From assembly GCA_040386275.1 (NCBI GenBank), contig JAZKFU010000008.1:6853-70852 (forward strand): a stretch of DNA of 64,000 nt. The letters run 5' to 3'. This DNA comes from Patescibacteria group bacterium. Lineage in GTDB: Bacteria > Patescibacteriota > Minisyncoccia > Phycocordibacterales > UBA918. Both the position numbers and the translations under genes were made by a program. Positions 59,681 to 64,000 of this stretch are shown here, piece by piece (the first letter of the stretch is position 1; each line of letters opens with the position of its first letter). A model generated the notes under the pieces. It searched no databases. It saw only the letters and a list, made by a program, of their open reading frames with translations, and was not told the DNA's origin.

Positions 59681-60970
59681 ATGAAAAACGCGTTAAAAAA
59701 AGTGGTGGTGGCTGTTTTAACTTTTGAGGCTAAGGTGTTGTTACGGCGGACAAAGCCGACTATTATTGCGGTGACGGGAAGTGTGGGAAAAACTTCAACC
59801 AAAGATGCAATTTTTTCAGTGCTTAAAAATCATCGAAAGACACGGAAGAGTCAAAAAAGTTTTAACTCTGAGATTGGAGTGCCGTTATCTATCCTAGGAC
59901 TACCAAATGCGTGGGATAACCCGTTCTCGTGGCTCAAAAACTTTTTTGATGGATTTATTATTGCCTTCTTTAGTCGCAACTATCCAGAAGTGTTAGTGCT
60001 TGAATGTGGAGTAGATAGACCGGGTGATATGGCCGCGCTAACTAAATGGTTATCGCCGGATATTGTGGTCATGACACGATTGCCAGATGTGCCGGTGCAC
60101 GTTGAGTTTTTTGGCACACCTGAAGCCGTAGTAGCTGAAAAGATGGAGTTGCTCAAAGCACTTAAACCTGAGGGAGTGTTTGTCTACAACCATGACGATA
60201 TTAAGCTACAAAATGCCGTCAAAGAAGTACGGCAGTCCGCAGTTGGGTTTAGTCGATATTTACCAACTCACTTCACTGCTTCATCAGATGCTATTGTCTA
60301 CCACAACGACGAACCAGTTGGCTCAACCTTTACCCTGACTCATTTAGATGAATCGGTACCAGTTAAAGTGATGGGTTCAATAGGTATGCAAAACGCGTAT
60401 ACCTTTGCCGCCGCGGCAGCTGTAGCTGCACAGTTTGATATTAGTTTGCCTGAAGTCGCTCAATCGGTCCTAGAGCACCAAAGCCCACAGGGACGGATGC
60501 GCATGATTTCGGGAATCAAAGGTACCTTGATTATTGATGATACGTACAACTCTTCACCGGTAGCGGTAGAAGCAGCGCTCACCTCGCTCTCAGAAATCCG
60601 CGGGGCCAAGCGTAAAATTGCAGTGATTGGTGATATGTTGGAACTGGGACAATTCTCAAGTCGAGCACATGAAAAAGTAGGGGAGCAAGTACCAAAGTGT
60701 GCGGATGTTCTCTTTACTTTGGGCGTTCGGGCGCGAAAAATTGCGGAAACAGCAATTGAATTTGGGATGCACGAAAAAAATGTATTTCAACATGAAGACA
60801 CTGCGCGAGCTGGACGGGAATTACAAGCGTTTATCAATCCCGGAGACGTCATCTTGATTAAAGCCTCTCAAGGCATTAGAGCCGAGAAAATTGTGGAAGA
60901 GATAATGGCCCATCCCGAGACCGCTTCTCAACTTTTGGTGAGACAAGACTCATCGTGGAAATCACGATAA
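59681..60970 (+). CDS. murF: UDP-N-acetylmuramoyl-tripeptide--D-alanyl-D-alanine ligase
   Basis: Mur ligase P-loop IIAVTGSVGKTSTK, NSEIGVPLSILGL, C-terminal domain TLIIDDTYNSSP…RKIAVIGDMLELG. Confidence 0.8.
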   Translation: MKNALKKVVVAVLTFEAKVLLRRTKPTIIAVTGSVGKTSTKDAIFSVLKNHRKTRKSQKSFNSEIGVPLSILGLPNAWDNPFSWLKNFFDGFIIAFFSRNYPEVLVLECGVDRPGDMAALTKWLSPDIVVMTRLPDVPVHVEFFGTPEAVVAEKMELLKALKPEGVFVYNHDDIKLQNAVKEVRQSAVGFSRYLPTHFTASSDAIVYHNDEPVGSTFTLTHLDESVPVKVMGSIGMQNAYTFAAAAAVAAQFDISLPEVAQSVLEHQSPQGRMRMISGIKGTLIIDDTYNSSPVAVEAALTSLSEIRGAKRKIAVIGDMLELGQFSSRAHEKVGEQVPKCADVLFTLGVRARKIAETAIEFGMHEKNVFQHEDTARAGRELQAFINPGDVILIKASQGIRAEKIVEEIMAHPETASQLLVRQDSSWKSR

Positions 60971-61044
60971 TAGTCTTTAATATAAGGTTATTTTGACGGA
61001 CCTCTTGGTTGTATTTACTTCAAAATATGATATAATGTGTTTAT

Positions 61045-61959
61045 ATGAATAAATATATATTTACGTTAGCGTGTATTCCACTGGTACTTGGTATGGTAAT
61101 CATTCCAAATGCTGCCCTAGCCGATAATAGTAAAAGTTACGGTAATGGTAAGGCACATCAAAACCAGATGAATCCGTATCACCAATCAAATCTGGTTAAA
61201 CAAAACAAGAATAAATACAATTATTACTATGCTTCGCAGGATCAACAAGTAGCTCAGCTGTATGCACTACTTGCTCAATTGCAAGCCCAATTAGCAGCCT
61301 TACAAGGTAATATTCCAAATTATCAAGGCGGAAATAGTAGTACTCGTGACATTAGTCGTGTAATTACAGGGGGAGTAGAAGCTGATGAAGATGATAATTC
61401 TGTATGGTTTGACGGTGAAGTAGTGTTCGCTCGCGATGCTGAAGCTCGGGTGTGGTTTGAATATGGAACTAACACCAATATGCCATACAGTACCGCTTCA
61501 ATTAGTATTGATGGCGATGCTCGAGAAACCCAAGAGTTTGAACTCGAAGCGACTAATCTCGACGATGATGGAACGTATTACTACCGCTTGGTAGCCGAAG
61601 ATGAGGACGGTGATTATGCTGAAGGAGTTATTAAATCATTCCGTTTTGACAGTCGAAACGATGATGACGACGATGATGATGACAACAACGATTGGTCACT
61701 TGAAATCGATGATGACATGTATGAAACCGGTGACAATGTACGCGTTGATTACGAAGTAGAGGATGAAGACAATGACAACTGGATTGGACTATACGAAACA
61801 GGAGATAATGATGACGACTACATTTCTCGAGTCTACGTTGATGATGAAGAAGGATACGTAAACTTCCGTGTGAATAACGAAGGAGAATACGAATTCCGAC
61901 TCTTTGACGAAGATGATGACGAACAAGCTACTAGTGATGAATTTGAAGTAGAGGATTAA
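61045..61959 (+). CDS. secreted highly acidic repeat protein (D/E-rich)
   Basis: Signal peptide, Gln/Ala coiled segment, then repeated acidic blocks (DDDDDDDDNND, YEVEDEDNDNW…). Confidence 0.55.
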   Translation: MNKYIFTLACIPLVLGMVIIPNAALADNSKSYGNGKAHQNQMNPYHQSNLVKQNKNKYNYYYASQDQQVAQLYALLAQLQAQLAALQGNIPNYQGGNSSTRDISRVITGGVEADEDDNSVWFDGEVVFARDAEARVWFEYGTNTNMPYSTASISIDGDARETQEFELEATNLDDDGTYYYRLVAEDEDGDYAEGVIKSFRFDSRNDDDDDDDDNNDWSLEIDDDMYETGDNVRVDYEVEDEDNDNWIGLYETGDNDDDYISRVYVDDEEGYVNFRVNNEGEYEFRLFDEDDDEQATSDEFEVED

Positions 61960-61971
61960 TCACTTCACACA

Positions 61972-62006
61972 AAAAAAGCGCGACTCTATGGGCCGCGTTT
62001 TTTTGT
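61972..62006. terminator. bidirectional terminator aaaaaaAGCGCGACtctatgGGCCGCGTttttttg
   Basis: GC hairpin with flanking A/T runs. Confidence 0.65.
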
Positions 62007-62034
62007 GGTTGCTTTATTAGTAATAATGAATAGT

Positions 62035-63054
62035 TTATTGAGGATGGGCAAAGTGCACTACCATATAGATATTGGTATCATCAAACGTTACGCCAATACC
62101 TTGATGCGTGAACGCTGTAGAGAGTAGATTTTTGCGGTGGCCGGCACTCTTTTGCCATTGCGTCATAAAATAGTTAGCAATGTACTCAACGCTTGGTTGT
62201 TCCTCGTAGGTCATCATGGCGAGGTTTTCACCCCAGGCGTCTGCTTCGTAGCCTTTGTTTAGAAAGCGACAACTAATATCACAGCCTTTCTTGTCGGTAT
62301 GAGAAAGAAATGAATGGGTAAATAAATACGCGCTGTATTGCGTCGCATTGCGGGCTAGCGCGGTATCTATAGAGAGCGGGGAACGTTTATTACGTTTTCG
62401 AAATTCATTGGTTTGCTTTTCTATCTCTGCAATCAGAGCTTGTTTAAAATCTGCGGTGGGGGCAGGAACACTTGTTGTTCGAGCTGGTTTGTTAGTGTTG
62501 GGCTTAACGGTAGTCTTGGTGGTAAGCGGTGCTTTTGTGGCGTTTGGAACAGTAGTTGCAGTAGTGGTAGCGATAAGAACAACCGGTGTGCTTATTGGTG
62601 TAATAATAATGGTAGCTTCGCTTTCTGAAGTATTTACGAGCGTAAACGTATAGTCTGACGTTTGAAATTTGGTCGTGCGAACTGAACCCAGTACCACGGT
62701 ATCGCTCGTGGTGCCTGTTTTAGTTTGAATTAAAAATTCCGGCGCCAGTTCACCGGCCCAGATACATTGTACTTCCGGTTTGCAACGGGAATCGCTAATA
62801 GCTCGGAGGGTAATCATGCTCCCGTCGGGATATATGTTAGTCGCACCAATTTTGTAGGTTATGGGAACGGTAAACGGTTGATTGTTCGGCGTGGGAGGTA
62901 CGGGGGTAGTTTGTTCAACAATGGGTGGTGTTACCGTTGCTACAAGATACGGAGTAGGGGGTGTGGTAGTCGTTGGTTTAATTTCACTTAAAAAGGCTAC
63001 TGACGTAATCAGTGCAAGGAAACAACATCCCATAACAATGGCCACTGTTTTCAT
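62035..63054 (-). CDS. secreted CAP/SCP/PR1-like domain protein with Thr/Pro-rich linker (start taken at MKTVAIVMG)
   Basis: C-terminal region …NATQYSAYLFTHSFLSHTD…GENLAMM…HRKNLLSTAFTHQGIGV… typical of the CAP domain. Confidence 0.6.
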   Translation of the reverse strand: MKTVAIVMGCCFLALITSVAFLSEIKPTTTTPPTPYLVATVTPPIVEQTTPVPPTPNNQPFTVPITYKIGATNIYPDGSMITLRAISDSRCKPEVQCIWAGELAPEFLIQTKTGTTSDTVVLGSVRTTKFQTSDYTFTLVNTSESEATIIITPISTPVVLIATTTATTVPNATKAPLTTKTTVKPNTNKPARTTSVPAPTADFKQALIAEIEKQTNEFRKRNKRSPLSIDTALARNATQYSAYLFTHSFLSHTDKKGCDISCRFLNKGYEADAWGENLAMMTYEEQPSVEYIANYFMTQWQKSAGHRKNLLSTAFTHQGIGVTFDDTNIYMVVHFAHPQ

Positions 63055-63100
63055 TCCAATTAGTATATCATTTCCACCCACTGAACCGTTTACCACATAC

Positions 63101-63126
63101 TAAAAGCCCGCGTACGCGGGCTTTTA
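63101..63126. terminator. terminator AAAAGCCCGCGtaCGCGGGCTTTT
   Basis: Perfect palindromic hairpin between two minus-strand genes. Confidence 0.65.
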
Positions 63127-63144
63127 GGGGTATTTATGGGCTGA

Positions 63145-63642
63145 TTAGATTGCTTTGATGTAGAATCCTTCGCTTCCATAGAGGGTATACGTCCCGTCGG
63201 CCATTACTTGCGCGTACACTTCCACTTGTTTACCAATGTGTTGTTCCAAATCGCCAAAACCTTCGACTCCCATTACTTTACCAACAATATCAGTACTAAA
63301 ACCAATAAGTGCGGTTACTTTTTTACCATCAACCACTACAAAACATTCACCGTCAGCAAAACATCCGGTATCTACTTTTGTGAGCGTTCCGGTAAAGGTG
63401 TCGGCTTTTAGTTTGCCGTCTGGTGACGTTGTTGTGACAGTAGTGGTACTGTTCGTGGTTACTGATAATCCCGAATTTTCATCCATGGTTGATTCTGATC
63501 CTGATTGTGGAATGGTGGTAGCAGTGTCAGTACTTGAACTCATGGTGTTAAGCGTTTCGGCAGTATCTTTGGTACCACCCAGCACTAATATTAATCCCAG
63601 CACAACAATAATAATGGCTCCTAAAATTAAAATATTTTTCAT
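63145..63642 (-). CDS. secreted/membrane-anchored Thr/Ser-rich hypothetical protein (start MKNILILG)
   Basis: N-terminal TM/signal segment, low-complexity S/T linker, Cys-containing C-terminal domain. Confidence 0.5.
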   Translation of the reverse strand: MKNILILGAIIIVVLGLILVLGGTKDTAETLNTMSSSTDTATTIPQSGSESTMDENSGLSVTTNSTTTVTTTSPDGKLKADTFTGTLTKVDTGCFADGECFVVVDGKKVTALIGFSTDIVGKVMGVEGFGDLEQHIGKQVEVYAQVMADGTYTLYGSEGFYIKAI

Positions 63643-63800
63643 ATCTCTTATTATCGCACACGCCAACAAGCGAGCCTAGAAAGTGCTTCAGGAGGACGTT
63701 TTAACGGTACGTTTAGCTGTATCGCAAAAGTAAATTAGGTAGCTGTCAAAGTATCTATTCGTGGCTTGCTCCAAGTACACGGTACGTTTACAATAGATGC

Positions 63801-64000
63801 ATGATATATACAACCACCCCGACACTACAGGGAAAAACCATCACCGCGTATAAAGGCATTGTAACCGGAGAAACTATTTTTGGTGCCAATGTCGTAAAAG
63901 ATATTATGGCAAGTATTCGAGATTTGGTGGGTGGGCGATCAACGACCTACGAAAAAACTATTATTGACGCACGCGAAGCTTCGTTCAAAGAAATTCAAGA
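63801..64000 (+). CDS. YbjQ/UPF0145-family protein, N-terminal part (3' end outside window)
   Basis: [47 protein letters not shown] matches the UPF0145 pattern; frame open to the window end. Confidence 0.5.
   Translation, partial: MIYTTTPTLQGKTITAYKGIVTGETIFGANVVKDIMASIRDLVGGRSTTYEKTIIDAREASFKEIQ

Overview
This 64-kb window comes from a low-GC, gene-dense, reduced bacterial genome with hallmarks of Candidate Phyla Radiation / Patescibacteria. Evidence for that placement: a minimal F1Fo ATP synthase with shortened delta and epsilon subunits, a ProRS without an editing domain, a minimal HolB, two MreB paralogs, a type IV pilin, and a self-splicing intron in a tRNA.

Core genes: partial pgi; an atpB-E-F-H-A-G-[insert]-D-C operon; mutM; an ECF sigma factor; a DUF305 protein; envelope and division genes (mreB-mreC-mreD-mrdA, mraZ-rsmH-ftsL-ftsI, murF, an HTH-fused murA, an L,D-transpeptidase, an Rpf-like transglycosylase, a YpfJ peptidase); translation and housekeeping genes (def x2, fmt, frr, hpf, proS, lysS, greA, priA, rseP, holB-like).

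Accessory or unusual content:
1. tRNA-Asn(GUU) is interrupted by a 251-nt group I intron and sits next to tandem tRNA-3'-end-like repeats.
2. A 3.2-kb AT-rich island (about 14.9-18.05 kb) encodes a Shedu-like DUF4263 nuclease preceded by translationally coupled PIN-like and degenerate-M78-like genes. This is a candidate novel defence/toxin locus.
3. A 7.4-kb four-gene cluster is headed by a 922-aa VirB4/TraG-superfamily ATPase.
4. The atp operon is split by a small AT-rich membrane ORF flanked by perfect 22-bp direct repeats.
5. A dispersed family of about 90-bp intergenic hairpin repeats (CCGTAC-N5-GTACGG) is present in at least 10 copies.
6. A three-copy structured-RNA-like motif has fully compensatory stem changes.
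7. A 203-bp MITE-like element carries perfect 16-bp terminal inverted repeats.

No rRNA genes or CRISPR arrays were seen.
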